A DNA stretch of 64,000 bases from the human T2T-CHM13v2.0 reference genome, Homo sapiens (GCA_009914755.4 CP086569.2:21504001-21568000), one strand, 5' to 3'; positions 1-14,336 are shown, counted from the first letter of the stretch. A program made the numbers and translations. The notes: generated from the letters alone by a model not told the origin.

Positions 1-512
1 ATATACCCAAAGGACTATAAATCATGCTGCTATAAAGACACATGCACACATATGTTTATTGCGGCACTATTCACAATAGCAAAGACTTGGAACCAACCCA
101 AATGTCCAACAATGATAGACTGGATTAAGAAAATGTGGCACATATACACCATGGAATACTATGCAGCCATAAAAAATGATGAGTTCATGTCCTTTGTAGG
201 GACATGGATGAAATTGGAAATCATCATTCTCAGTAAACTATCGCAAGAACAAAAAACCAAAGACTGCATATTCTCACTCATAGGTGGGAATTGAACAATG
301 AGAACACATGGACACAAGAAGGGGAACATCACACTCTGGGGACTGTTGTGGGGTGGGAAGAGGGGGGAGGGATAGCTTTAGGGGATATACCTAATGCTAA
401 ATTATGAGTTAATGCATGCAGCACACCAGCATGGCACATGTATACATATGTAACTAACCTGCACATTGTGCACATGTAACCTAAAACTTAAAGTATAATT
501 AAAAAACAAAAG
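1..512 (+). mobile_element. L1 3' terminal fragment (ORF2 C-terminus + 3'UTR + short A tail), L1PA3-5-like
   Basis: ORF 52-294 translates to the L1 ORF2 C-terminus (…FTIAKTWNQPKCP…IGGN). The 3'UTR is near-consensus L1PA and carries the older GAG-type motif (ttatGAGttaatg). It ends in aaaaaacaaaag at 501-512. Confidence 0.85.
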
Positions 513-3500
513 AATGTCTTTGGCCATTTTGGATTTTATGTGGTTTTATATAACTTATAGAATTCTTTTTTCTATTTCTGTGAAAAGTAATATCGTTGCA
601 TTGATACTCCTAATCCATAAATATGGAACATTTTCCATCTTTTTGGTGCCCTTTTAAATTTCTTTTATTAATGTTTCATAGTTTTTATTATAGCTATCTT
701 TCACCTCTTTAGTTAATTCCTAAGAGTTTAATTTTATGTTTCGCTTTTGTAAATGAAATTACTTTTTTGTTGCTTTTTCAGATTTATTGGAGTTGGCGTA
801 TAGAAATGCTACAGATTTTTGTATGTTGATTTTGTATCCTGCAATTTTACTAAATTTATCAGTTCTAATAATCTTTTGTGAAATCTTAAGATGTTCAAAA
901 TGTTCAATTTTATCAACTGCAAACCATGATAATTTGATTTCTTTATTCCCAATGTAATGTGATTTGTATCTTTCTCTTGTCTGATTGCTCTAGCTAGGGT
1001 TTTCGGAACTGTGCTTAATAATAGTGGTGACAGTGAGCATCCTTATTGTGTTCCAGATCTTAAACGAAAGTCTCGTCATTTTTTCCCCATTCAGCATACT
1101 AGCTGCATGTCTGGCATATATGACTTTTATTATGTTGAGCTATGTTTCTTCTAACTCAATTTTTTCAGGATTATTATAATAAAGAAATATTAAATGTTAT
1201 CACCTGATTTTTCAGCATCAATTGAAATGATCATATGATTTACATTTTTCATTTGTTGACATGATGTAGTACACTGATTTGCACATGTTGAGCCATCCAT
1301 TCATCCCTAGAATAAATCCCACTTGGTCATGATGAATGATTTCTCTAATGTGTTTTTGAGTTATGTTTGCCAATATTTTGTTGAGGATTTTTGCATCAAT
1401 ATTTATCAGAGATATTGGCCTGTGTTTTTCTATGGTTTTGATGTGTCTCATGTTTTGAAATCGGGTTAATGTAGGCCTTGCAGAATGAGGTTACAAGTAT
1501 TCTGTCTTCCACTATATTTCAGAATAGTTTTGCATAAGATCAGTATTCTTCTTTTAATGTTCAGTAGAATTCAGCGGACAAGCCATGAAGTCCCAGGTTT
1601 TTCTTACTGAGAGACATTTTATTATGATTCTAATTTCATTACTTGTTATTGGTCTATTCAGGTTTTGGATTTCTTCCTAGTTTAATTTTGGTAGGTTGTT
1701 TGTATCGGAATGTGTTCATTTCCTCCAGATTTTCTTAATTGTTGGCATATACTCTTCATAGTAGCCAAGAATAATCCCTCAAATTTATGTGGTATCAGTT
1801 GTAATGTCTGCTTTTTCATTTATAATTTTACTTATTTAAATCATCTCTCTTTTTTAGTCTTTCTAAAGGTGTCAGTTTTGTTTAACTTTTCAAAAATATC
1901 GATTTTTGTTTAATTGATCTTTTGAATTTTTTTAACTTCAATTTTGTATATTTCTGCTCTGATCTTTATTTTTTTTTTCTAGTTTTGGGTTTGGTTTGCT
2001 CTTGTTTTCTAGTCCTTAAGACGCATTGTTAGACTGTTTATTTGAAATTTTCCCCTTTTTTGATATAGGCACTTACAAACTTTCTTTTTAGTACTGCTTT
2101 TTTGTATCTCATAGACACATTATGTTTCCATTATCATTTGTTTGAAGAAAATTTTTAATTTTCTATTTCTTCATTTACCGTCCTGTTATTTAGGATCATC
2201 TTGTTTAAGTTCCCTGTATTCATTAATTTCCATTAACTTCCAAGCTTTCTCTTGTTATTAATTTCTAGTTTTATTTAATTGTGGTCAGAGAAGATGTTTG
2301 ATATTATTTAAATTTTTGAATATTTTAAGCGTTTTATGGCTTAACATATGGTCTATCCTTGAGAATGATCCATATACTGAGGAAAAACAATGTGTATTCT
2401 GCAGATCTTGAATGAAATACTCTGCAAATATCTACTACATACATTTGGTCTATAGTGTAGATTAAGTCTGTTGTTTCTTATTTTCTGTCTGAAAGATCTG
2501 TCCATGGCTGAAAGCAGAGTGTTAAAGTCTCCAGCTATTATTATTGTACTGGGGTCTATCTTTGTCTTTACCTCTAATTATATTTCCTGTATATACATGG
2601 GTGTTCCAGTTTGGGGGGATATTTATTTAAAGTTGTTATGTCATCTCATATCAAAACCATCTCAGACTTTGTTTGTCTAGAAAAGTCTTTATTTCTCCCA
2701 TTTGTTTGAAGGATATTTTCACCAGTTATACTATTCTAGGGTAACTTTTTTTCATCAGCATTTTAAATATATTATGCCACTCTCTCTTGGCCTCTGAGGT
2801 TTTCACTAAAAGTCTTCTGCTAGATGTGTTAGAACTCCTTTGCATGTTATTTGTTGTTTTTCTCCTGCTGCCTTTAGGATCATTTCTTTATCCCTGACCT
2901 TTGCAAGTTGGACTATTAAATGCCTTGAAGTAGCCTTCCTTGGATTAAATCTCTTGGGGTTCTATAACCTTCTTGTACTTAGATAGAGATATGTCTCTCT
3001 AGGTTTGGGAAGTTATCTGTTCTTATCCCTTTAAATAAACTTCCTACCTCTCTCTTTTTCCCCACCTTCTCTTTCAAGCCAATAACTCAGATATGCCATT
3101 TTTAGGCTATTTTATAGATCCTGTAGGCATGCTTTTTTTTTTCCTATTGTCTCTTTTGACTGTGTGTTTTCAAATAGCTGTCTTTAATCTTACTAATTCT
3201 TTCTTCTGCTTGATCCATTCTGCTATTAAAGGACTCTGAGGCATTTACCAGTAAGCCATTTGCTTTTATTATCTCAAGAATTTCTGCCTAATTATTTTAA
3301 ATTATTTTAATATTTTTGTTAAATATATCTGATAGAATCTGCATTTATTCTCTGTGTTATCTCTAATTTCTTTGAGTTATCTTAACACAGCTGTTTTGAG
3401 TTCTCCATCTGACAGGTCACGTATCTCTGTTTCTCCAGGATTGGTCCTTGGTGCATTATTCTGTTCATTTAGTGAGGTCACGTTTCCCTACATATTGTTT

Positions 3501-5290
3501 ATGCTAATAGATGCTCTTTGGTGTCTCAGCATTGAAGAGTTAGGTATTTATTGTAGTCTTCATTATCTGGGCTTATTAGCGATCCTTCTTGAGAAGATTT
3601 TCTAGATATCAGAAAAGACTTGAATGTTGCAGTTCAAGTTATTTCTGGTTTAGGGGACACTCCAAGCCCAGTGACACTCTGGTGCTTGCAGTGTTGTAGA
3701 GGTACCATTTTGGTGGTCTTGGACAGGAGCCAGGAGAACTCCCTGGATTACCAGGTAAATATGCTTGTTCTCCTCCCTCATTTGCTCACAAACATACAGT
3801 CTTTTTCTGTTTTTGTTGTGAGGCAGCTAAAGCTGAAAGTGTAGTGACACAAGTAGGCCTTTTGCCACCACCACTGTAAATGCTAAGTCAGATTTGAAGC
3901 CATCTCACTTCTAGGTCTCACACAAGGCCTCTGGTAACCACTCCCTGGTTACTCCCTTTGTTTGCTCCAGACCCTGAGGTGCTACAATTGACAGGTGGCA
4001 AAGCTAGCCAAAATTTTGTCCTTCTTTTCAGGGAAGCAATTTTTCTCAAGCCCCTCATGGGCTTAGAAGTGCCACACAAACAACAAAATGCAGTCCTTTC
4101 CACTCTCTGCTTTCCAAAGACTGTGGCCACTGTCACTCCAGATTATGAGGAATACTATCCGACTGAAACTGATGATTCCTTAAGGCCCAGTGTCAACTAA
4201 ATCAGCTTATGATGAATGCTGTCTAGGCCGGTACTCACCTTTCAGGGCCATGGGTAACTTTCTGGCCCAGGGAAGGTTTACAGATACCATCCAACAATCA
4301 AATCCTAAAATTAGGGACTCTCCAGGCACCTGCCTGATGCTCTACCTTCCTGTGGTCATGCTGGTACCTACAGTGAAAGACAAAAATCCCTTTACTTTTC
4401 CATCACTTTCCTTGAGCAGAAAGTTGTTTTGCCTCTTAGCCACAGCAACTGGTAATGTGCTGAGTTTCACCTGAAGTCAGCAAGTCTCTGAGCTTCATCC
4501 AAGACCCTCAATGTAATATCTGGGTGTCACTGCTGGTTATTCAGGGGCCAAGGGCTCTTCAGTCAGCAGTTGGTGAATGCTGCCAAGCCTGAGACTTTTC
4601 CTTCAAGGCAGCAAGTTTCCTTCTGGTCCATGGTGTGTCTAGAAATGTCATCTGGATTTTAGGGCTTGAAATAGGGGCCTCACAACACAAACCAGTGCCA
4701 GGTTCTGCTGTGGCTGACGTGGTACGCTAGATGAAAAACAAACTTATTCCCATTACTTTCTCTCCTCTCCTCAATAAGAAGAAAGGAGACTCTTTTGGAG
4801 TCATAAGGTATTTGGCCTGAAGTTAGGTGAGGAGTAATGCCAGCATTCCCTTGTCTTTCCCAGCTAATTTCTCAGTATGCCATGTGCCCCCTCAGGCTAC
4901 TGTCTTTGGCCTAGTTCAGCACTAGAATTCACTAATAGTTGCAGTTCTTGTGGCCTAAACTGTCTCTTAAGTTTAGTTAGAGACACAGAGTACTGTAGCA
5001 AATTTAGATCACTGCATTCAGTAATACCTATCTGGCTAGGGCTTATTTAAGTATTCCCTCCAAGGCAGGATCCTGGCTGAGTTTGTTCTGGTTTTCCTTT
5101 CTGCTCTAAAAGGACAGCACTGAGTTCAATGCCTCAAAATTATTGTTCTCCCTTTCCTAGTGCCCAGAGATACTCTCCACACCATACCACTGATTAGGAT
5201 GGTGGGGAAGAGGCGGCATCAGTAATTCAGGACTTTTATTTTCCTATCTCATCAGTGCTTCTTTCAGTTATATGAAGTTATAAACAGATA
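513..5290 (-). mobile_element. older L1 (L1PB/L1MA-like), antisense; ORF2-ORF1-5' region, interrupted on the left by the young L1 fragment
   Basis: Antisense L1 ORF2 sequence begins at 513. Minus-strand ORF 1218-1451 has the RT motif [15 protein letters not shown]1 and 5'UTR-like sequence continue to ~5290. The extent of the 5'UTR portion (3850-5290) is uncertain. Confidence 0.6.
1218..1451 (-). pseudogene. L1 ORF2 reverse-transcriptase fragment
   Basis: 77-aa ORF containing [18 protein letters not shown], the L1 RT signature. Confidence 0.85.
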
Positions 5291-8200
5291 CTATGAGTCC
5301 TAACCTGATTTTTGGTTCTTACGGTGTTTTTTCTGTGTAGATAGTTATTAAATTGGTGTCTTGGGGGGGGAACAATCAGTGGAACTTTCTATTCTGACAC
5401 TTTGCTTCACCTCCCCCATTTTTAATACCTTTTTTAAAAAAACTGTTTAAATTCTCTGTATTTTTTTATGTATAAATTTGCTTTTCTCTTTTCTCTAAAA
5501 CCTGATAAGGGCTTGGTTACTTGGCATAGACAAAGTTTGGGCAGAGATAAAATTTAATACAACTCTTCTTTTGAAATATTGAGCTTTCATGACTAAAATG
5601 AGCCCTGTCTTACTGCTGAAATTTTAAAATTAAAGCTACAATTTGTATTTATATTTGTAGTGTTGTATATATTTGTGCACATGTCTGTGTTTATATATGT
5701 CTACATGATACCAAATTAACTTGTAAATAAATAAATACTGATAAATTAAGTAAATAAATCCAAATGTTTTTTAACTTTATGTGACTCTGGTAATCTTTGA
5801 TAATAAAAGCCCATTTTAAAATTGTTAGTAAAATAAAATGTCTTTAGAATGTTGAGCTTTTTGCCCATATCTATTTTTCAGAAAGGTTTATACTTTCTCT
5901 GACAGATATTTTGGTAAGGTAATAAACCGTGCTTCTGTGATGCTTCTGGTATAAAATTAAGAGGCATGTTGGTGAAGTTTTTGGTTTTGAGCCTTATGGT
6001 GAGGCTTGGGGACATTGTGTTTTTGCAGTGCCTGGATTACCAGATACAAAGCAAATCCAATCACAATATAGCCCAATTCTTCATCTAGCCCTGCTTTTTG
6101 GCCATGCTGAGAGAAGTTGGGCTTTCTAGGCATTAACTTCACAGGTTTGTCCTCTATCTTGTCATCTTCAGTTGAATGACAATTAAAATTGCTTTCTAAG
6201 TGTTTTACTGAAAATTAAGCTTATTAAAAGTTAATATTGTAAATAATACAGGTAATTTAACCTATCAGATTTTTTTAAAAAAATTCTATATGCAGAGTAC
6301 ATAAGGTAAGTAGAATGTGTTTTTGGTAAAAAATCTTACAAAGAAGTCATTAGTGTGTGGTTTTGGTTGAATAAAACGTAATTTTCTTTAGCTTAGATAT
6401 TATTTAAAGTTATTTTTAATTAAATTTTTATATTTCCATAGGTTATTGGGGAAGAGGTGGTGTTCGGTTACATGAGTATGTTCTTTAATGACTATTTATG
6501 CGATTTTGGTGCACCATCCCCTGACCCGTATACACTGCAGTCAATTTGTGATCTTTTATTCCTCATCCCTTCCCAGCCTTTCTTCCTGAGTCCCAAGTCC
6601 TTTGTGTTATTCTTATGCTTTTGCATTCTCATAGCTTATTTCCCACTTACAAGTGAGAACATATGATGTTTGGTTTTCCATTCTGGAGTTACTTCACTTA
6701 GAATAATAGTCTCCAATGTCATCCAGGCCACTGAGAATGTCATTAGTTTATTTCTTTTTATAGCTTAGTATTTGTATTCCATCATGTATACATACATATA
6801 TGCACATACATACACACCACAGTGTCTTTATCTGCTTGTTGATTGATTGACATTTGTGTTGGTCCCACGTTTTTGCAATTGCAAATTGGGCTACTATAAA
6901 CACACATGTGCAAGTATCTTTTTCATATAATGATGCCTTTCTCCTGGGTAAGTACCCCAGTAATGGAATTGCTGGATCAAATTGTAGTTCTACTTTTAGT
7001 TCTTTAAGTAATCTGCCCATTTTTTTCCATAGTGGTTGTATTAGTTTACATCTCCACTAGAATTGTAGAAGTGTTTCCTGTTCACCGCATCTACACCAAC
7101 TTCTATAATTTTTTTATTTCTTTTATTATGGCCATTCTTGCAGAAGGAAGGTGGTAGGTAACACATTGCGTTTCCTGATCATTTCCCTGATCATTAGTGA
7201 TGTTGACCATTTTTCATATGTTTGTTGGCCACTTGTATATCTTCTTTTGAGAATTTTATATTCATGTCCTTAGCCCAATTTTTGATAGAATTGTTTGATT
7301 TTTTCTTGCTAATTTGTTTGAGTTCCTTGTAGATTCTGGATATTACTCCTTTGACAGATGTATAGATTGTAAATATTTTCTCATATTCCATGGGTTGTCT
7401 GTTTACTCTGCTGATTGTCCCTTTTGCCATGCAAAAGTTATTTAGTTTAATTAAGTCATAGCTATTTATCTTTGTTTTTATGCATTTGCTTCTGGGTTAT
7501 TGGTCATGAAATCCTTGTCAAAGCAAATGTCTAGAAGGGTTTCTCCAATGTTATCTTCTAGGATTTTTATAGTTTCAGGTCTTAGATTTAGGTCCTTGAT
7601 ACATCTTCAGGTGATTTTTGTATAAGGTGAGAGAAGAAAATCCAATTGTATTCTCCCATATATGGCCTGCCAATTATCCTAGCACCATTGGTTAAATAGG
7701 ATCCTGTCCCTACTTTATGTTTTTGTTTGCTTTGTCGAAGATCAGTTGGCTCTAAGTATTTGGGTTTATCTCTGGGTTCTTTATTCTATTCCACTAGTCT
7801 ATGTCCTATTTTTATGCCAATACCATCTTGTTTTGGTGACTGTGGCATGATAGTATAGTTAGAAATCAGCTAATGTGATGTCTGGAGATTCATTCTTTTT
7901 GCTTAGTCTTGCTTTGGATATGTGGGCTCTTTTTTGGTTTCATATGAATTAAAAAAATTTTTTTCTAACTCTGTGAAGAATGATGGTGGTGTTTTCATGA
8001 AAATTGCATTAAATTTGTAGATTGCTTTTGACAGTATGGTCATTTTTACAATATGATCCTAACCACTCATGAACATAGAATATGTTTTCATTTGTTTGTG
8101 TCATTTATAATTTATTTCAGCAGTTTTGTAGTTTTCCTTGTAGAAGTTTTTACCTCCTTGGTTAGGTATATTCCTAAGTATTTTATTTTTTGCAGCTATT

Positions 8201-10231
8201 GTAAAGGGGTTGAGTTCTTGATTTGTTTCTCTGCTTGGTCAATGCTGTTGTATAGAAGAGCTACTGAATTGTGTATATTAATTTTGTATCCAGAAACTTT
8301 GCTGAATTCATTTATCATCCTAGGAGCTTTCTTGAGGAATTTTTAGTGTTTTCTAGGTCAATAATCACATCATCAGCAAACAACAAGAGTTTGACTTCCT
8401 CTTTAATGATTTTGATGCCATTTACTTTTTCTCTTGTCAGATTGCTCTGGCTAGGACTTCCAGTGATATGTTGAAGAGGACGGTGAGAGTGGGCATTCTT
8501 GTCTGGTTCTAGGTCTCAGAGGAAATTCTTTCAACTTTTCTCCATTCAGTATTATGTTGGCTGTGGGTTTGTCACAGATGGCTTGTGTCACATTGAACTA
8601 TGTCCTTTGTATGCCAGTTTTGCTGAGAGTTTTATTTATGAATAGATGCTGGATTTTGTTTAATGCTTTTTCTACATCCATTAACATAATCATGTGATTT
8701 TTTGTTTTTAATTCTGTTTATACAGTGTATCACATTTATTGTGTTCTGAATATTAAACCATCCTTGCCTCCCTGGTACAAAACCCACTTGATCATGATGA
8801 ATTATCTTTTTCATATATTGTTGGATTTTTTTTGTTATTTTTATTTAGTATTTTGTTACTTTCATTTAGTATTTTGTTAAGGATTTTAGCATCTATGTTC
8901 ATCAAGAGAATTGGTCTGTAGTTTTCTATTTTGGTTATATCCTTTCCTGGTTTTGATATTAGGGTGATAATGGCTTCATAGAATGAATTAGGGAGGGTTT
9001 CCTCTTTATCTTGTGTAATAATGTCACTAGGGATTGATACTAATTCTTCTTTTAATATCTGGTAGAATTCTCCTGCGAATCCATTTGGTATTGGACTTTT
9101 TTTGTGGGTAGTATTTTGAATTGCCATTTTATTCTTGTTGCATGTTATTGGTCTGTTCAGGGTACCTAATTCTTTCTGATTTTAGCTAGGAGGACTGTAT
9201 GTTTCCAGGAATTTATATATCTTCTCTAGGTTTTCTAGTCTATGTCTGTAAAGCTGTTCACTGTAACCTTGAATGCTTTGTTTTGCTTTGTTTTTTGTAT
9301 TTCCGTTTTGTCAATTGTAATTTTGTTTCTAATTGAGCTTATTTAGATTTTCTCTCATCTTTTCTTAGTTAATCTTCTTAATGGTCTACCAATTTTATTT
9401 GTCTTTTTGAAGAACCAGATTTTTTATCTTTTTTATTTTTATATTTCAATTTCATTTAGTTCTGCTCTGATACTGGTTATTTCCCTTCTTCTGCTGGGTT
9501 TGGATTTTGTTTGTTCTTATTACTCTAATTCCTTGAAGTGTGACCTCAGATTGTTTGTGGTGTTCTTTCAGACTTTTTGATGTAGGACATTTACGGCAAG
9601 GAACTTTTCTATTAGCACTGCCTTTGCTGTATCCCAGGGCTTTTGAGAGGTTGTGTCACCTATTGTCATTCAATTTGAAAAATTTTTAAACTTTGATCCT
9701 GACTTCATTATTGATGCAATAATCATTTAGAAGTAGGTTATTTAATTTTCATGTATCTGCATGGGATTGAAGAGTCTTTTGGAGTTGGCTTCTAGTTTTA
9801 TTCCACTGTGGCCTGACAGAGTACTTGCTGTAATTTCAATTTTCTTAAATTTATTGAGCCACCTCTGGTGGCCTATTATATGATCTATCTTGGATACAGT
9901 TTCATGTGCTGTTGAATAGAATGTGTATTCTGTGGTTGCTGGGTAGAATGTTCTGTATATATCTGTTAAGCCCATTTGTTCCAGGGTATAATTTAAATGC
10001 ATTGTTTCTTTCTTGACTTTCTGTCTTGATGGCATGTCTAGTGCTGTCAATAAGAGTATTGAAGTCCCCACTATTATTGTGTTGCTGTCTATCCCATTTC
10101 TTAGGTCTAGTAATAATTATTTTTAAATTTGAGAGTTCCAGTGTTAAGTAGATATATATGTAGGATGGAGATACTTTCTTGTTGGAGAAGGTTTTTATCA
10201 TTATATAATGCCTCTCTGTGTAATTTTTTTT

Positions 10232-10547
10232 TCTTTTTCTTTTTTTTTTGGAGACAGAATCTTGGTCTGTCACCTAGGCTGGAGTGCAGTCGTGGGATCT
10301 CGGCTCACTGAAACCTCTGCATCCCAGGTTCACACCATTCTCCTGCCTCAGCCTCCCAAGTAGCTGGGACTACAGGTGCTCGCCACCACACCTGGCTGAT
10401 TTTTTTTGTATTTTTTTAGGAGAGATGGGGTTTCACTGTGTTAGCTAGGTTGGTCTCAATCTGCTGACCTCATGAACTGCCTGCCTCAGACTCCCAAAGT
10501 GCTGGGATTACAAGTGTGAGCCACCATGCCTGGCATCTCTCTGTGTA
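10232..10547 (-). mobile_element. Alu (AluS-like) inserted in L1 ORF2 region
   Basis: On + it starts with a poly(T) (tttttttttcttttttttttggagacag) and ends gtgagccaccatgcctggc. It is a full-length antisense Alu. Confidence 0.85.
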
Positions 10548-12184
10548 ATTTTTAACTGCTGTTGCTTTTAACTTTATCTGCTGTAATAATAGCTACTCCT
10601 GCTTGCTTTTGGTGTCCGTTTGCATGGAACGTCTTTTTCCACCCATTAACCTTAAGTTTATGTGAGTCCTTATGTGTTAGGTTAGTCTCTTGAAGGCAGC
10701 AGATATTTGGTTGGTAAGTTCTTATCCATTCTGCAGTTCTCTATCTTTTAACTAGAACATTTAGGCCATTTGCATTCAACATTAGTGTTGAGATGTGAGG
10801 TACCATTCCATTCATTATGCCATTTGTTGTGCATATACTTTTTTGTTTGTTTGTTTTAAATTGTATTTTTGTCATATAGGTCCTGTGAGATGTATGCTTG
10901 AAAGTGGTTCTGTTTTGATGTGTTTCCAGGATTTTTTTCCAGATTCAGAACTCCTTTTAGCAGTTCTTTCAGTGCTGGCTTGATAGTGGTGAATTCTCTC
11001 AGCAGATGTTTGTCTAAAAAAAGACTGTATCTTTCCTTCATTTATAAAGCTTAGTTTCACTGGATACAAAGTTCTTAGCTGAAATTATTTTATTTGAAGA
11101 AACTGAATATAGGGCCCCAATCCCTTCTAGCTTGTAGGGTTTCTGCTGAGAAATCTGCTGTTAATATGATAGGTTTTCCTTTATAGGTAACCTGGTGCTT
11201 TTGCTTCACAGCTTGTAAGATTCTTTCCTTCATATTAATTTTAGATAACCTGATGACAATGTTCCTAGGTAATAATCTATTTGTGTTGAATTTCCCAGTT
11301 GTTCTTTCAGCTTCTTGCATGTGGATGTCTATCTGTCTAGCAAGGCCAGGGAATTTTGTTTCTTTATTTCCCCAAATATGTTTTCCAAACTTTTAAATTC
11401 CTTTTCTTCTCCAAGAATGCCAATTATTCTTAGGTCTGTTTGTTTAACATAATCCCAGACGTCTTGGATGTTTTCTTTATATTGTCTTACTCTTTTTTCC
11501 TTATCTTTGTTGGATTGGGTTAATTTGAAGACCTTGTCTTTGAGCTCTGCAGTTATTTCTCCTGATTGATTGTATTACTGAGACTTTCCAGAGCATTTTG
11601 CATTTCTGTGTGTATATTTTTTCCTGATGTTTTGATCATCTTTTATTTATGCTATTTCACTGAATATTTCTCCCTTCACTTATTGTATCTTTTAAAAATT
11701 TTCTTAGATTGGACTTCACCTTTCTCTGGTGCCTCTCTGATTAACTGAATAACTTACCTTCTGAATTATTTTTCAGGTAAATCAGGGATGTCCTTTTGGT
11801 TTGGATCCATTTCTGGTGAACTAGTGTGATTTGGGTGTTAGAAAACTTTCTTTTGTCATATCATCAGAGTTGATTGGTTGCTTCTCATTTGGGGAGGCTC
11901 TGTCAGAGGGAAGGTCTAGGACTCAAGACTGTTGTTCAGATTCTTTTGTCCCATTGGGTGTTCCCTTGATGTAGTACTCTCCCACTTTTCCTAAGGACAT
12001 GGCTTCCTGAGATCCGAGTTGATCATTATCTCTCTTCCACATCTGGGCATCCAGCAAGTGTCTACCAGGACTCTAGTGAACAGTCTGTGGGCCTGTCAGC
12101 CATGGATACCAGCAACTGCTCCAGTGGAGTTGGCAGGGGGGTAAAATGTACTCTGTGAGGGTTCTTGGCTTTGGTTGCTTAATG

Positions 12185-12187
<3 letters not shown>

Positions 12188-12238
<51 letters not shown>
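12188..12238. repeat. poly(T) homopolymer, ~51 nt
   Basis: Uninterrupted run of T seen directly in the sequence. It gives the poly-K/poly-F artefact ORFs 12073-12318 (-) and 12175-12414 (+). Confidence 0.95.
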
Positions 12239-12241
<3 letters not shown>

Positions 12242-13336
12242 GTTGGTCTCCTGCCATAAGGTGGTGCTTTCAAGAGAACATCAGCTGTGTAGTATTGGAA
12301 GAAACAGGCAGTGGGCATAGTTGTAGAACTCGCAAGAGTATATATCCTTTGCCTTCAGTTACCAGAGTGGGTAGGGAAAGACCATTAGATGGGGGCAGGA
12401 CCAGGCTTGTCTGAACTCAGACTCAGGCAGGTCTCACTGCAACTACTATGTGATGGGGTTGAGATTCCCAGGTCAATGGATTTATATTGCTAGGAGGATT
12501 ATGGCTGCCTCTACCCTGTCATCCAGGTATTCATGGAAGTGAGAAAAAGCCAGCAGTCATAGCCCTCAGCCAACTCCCACACAACCCAAAGGGCTGGTGT
12601 CACTCCCATCATGCCCCCTCCCACCACCCCGCCAACAGCACCAAGTCTTTTTCCAGGCTGGGGGCGAGCAAGGGTGAGAACTTGCCTCAGGCTCCCCACA
12701 TCCCAGGTGCAAAAGCAAGTAGATTGTTCGTTTTTACCCTGCCTGTGGTGTTTGCAAACCAGATTAGTGCCCTCCCTCATTTCTGGCCAGGAGACTTCTT
12801 AATTGGTTCAAATTTTACAAAATTCAGCTGAAGGTTTTTGTATCCCTGTGGCCCATTCTCAGTGCCTCTGGGAACCATGTGAGGCAGGGCAGAAATGGCT
12901 TCCTAGGGGAACCAGCAAGCCCACATGGCTTTTTCCCACGGCTTTATCCTTGTATTTCGCATGACTCTCTACATTGACTCAGCTATAGGTAAGTCCAGAA
13001 TGTTCTCCTATAATCTAGACCTTCAGTTTCCCCATTGGGGGTGTGTTTTTGGGGGTGGACAATCTCCCTTTCCCACTTCCACATTTGGGCACTCACAGTA
13101 TTTGGATTGTTTCCCTAGTCCTGCAGGAGCAATGCTCTTCCTTGAGACAGTCTGTGGGTTCTCTTGGCTTTTCTAATGTATTCCTGCAGTCATTCCAGAG
13201 CAAAAGTTCATGTTGTAAGCCTCCACACACTACTCTGTCCATCCAACTGGGAGCTGCAATCTAGTCCTGCCTCCTGTTCACCATCAAGGAGATGCTTCTT
13301 TGAAGGATGTTTTAAATTAAATATATATATATTTTT

Positions 13337-13592
13337 TTTTTATTTGGAGTCTCACTCCGTTGCCTAGGCAGTGGCACGATCTCGGCTCACTGCAAGCTCC
13401 ATCTCCTCAGTTCACACCATTCTCCTGCCTTAGCCTCCCAAGTAGCTGGGACTACAGGTGCCCACCACCATGCCTGGCTAATTTTTTGTATTTTTAGTAG
13501 AGACAGCGTTTCACCATGTTAGCCAGGATGGTCTCGATCTCCTGACCTCGTGATCCACCCGCCTCAGCCTCCCAGAGTGCTGGGATTACAGG
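13337..13592 (-). mobile_element. Alu (5'-truncated by ~20 bp), antisense
   Basis: Poly(T) at 13337-13346 is followed by antisense Alu sequence ggagtctcactccgttgcc…gctgggattacagg. Confidence 0.85.
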
Positions 13593-14336
13593 AAATTAAA
13601 GAAATTTTTAAATGACACTAGATGAAATAGATATAGAAAGGCTGGGGGAAAAAAGAGATTGAAAACAGTTGTAAGAAGCTATAAAAGTTTATGGAAATTT
13701 TGGGTCCAAACTTACCAAGATTAGGTAAATATGTTTCTGAGATTTTATTTAGAATAGGTTTAGTATTAATAATACACAGATACAAAGACAAAATTTAGTT
13801 TTGTGTTTTAAAGATTTTTGTGTAGTGTTAATAAAATGTAGTAAAATAATTTTTTACCTTTGATTAGACTTCAAAAAAAAAAAAGAAAAAATCTTGATTC
13901 AGGCTGTCTTTGTTGTTCTGTGGATTATTTGAAAAACAGTATTGTCTTTATTAAAATAAAAGTTTTTTTGGTGTTTTTGAATCTTTCAGTCAACACTGTG
14001 CAAAATATATGATTCTGTATTAATCAAGTATTTTAAGCTTTTGATATGTCAGACTTCTCAAAATCAAATTTTAAATTTTAAATGAGGTTGTTACTTTTAC
14101 CTAACATTTAGACAGTCTAAAAAGGTCCCCCATAAAGTCCAAGAGAGACATATTAGGATTATTTGGTAAGATAAAGTCATACAAATGCACAATCAAATAT
14201 AATGTTTGACCTTTTTTCTTTACTTTTTTATAGCTATGTTATTAATATGTGTTCTAAAATGTAATGTTATATCTAAAATGTTATATATTGGTATAATTTA
14301 TCAGTTTATGATTATTTTATTCAATTATTTTAAGCC

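Larger units (their letters stand above)
6400..13320 (-). mobile_element. near full-length older L1 (L1PA-old/L1PB-like), antisense, with an Alu insertion and an internal poly(T)
   Basis: Minus-strand ORFs give ORF2 C-terminus at 6748-7020 and 7194-7430, RT at 8632-8814 ([10 protein letters not shown]), EN/RT at 8792-9127 and 9742-10071, and ORF1 C-terminus at 11090-11320 (…LTADFSAETLQARRDWGPIF). The upstream 5'UTR-like sequence to ~13320 is an inference. Confidence 0.7.

Noticed and set aside
12073-12414. ORFs encoding poly-lysine / poly-phenylalanine
   Set aside because: They are translations of the 51-nt poly(T) tract and are not genes.
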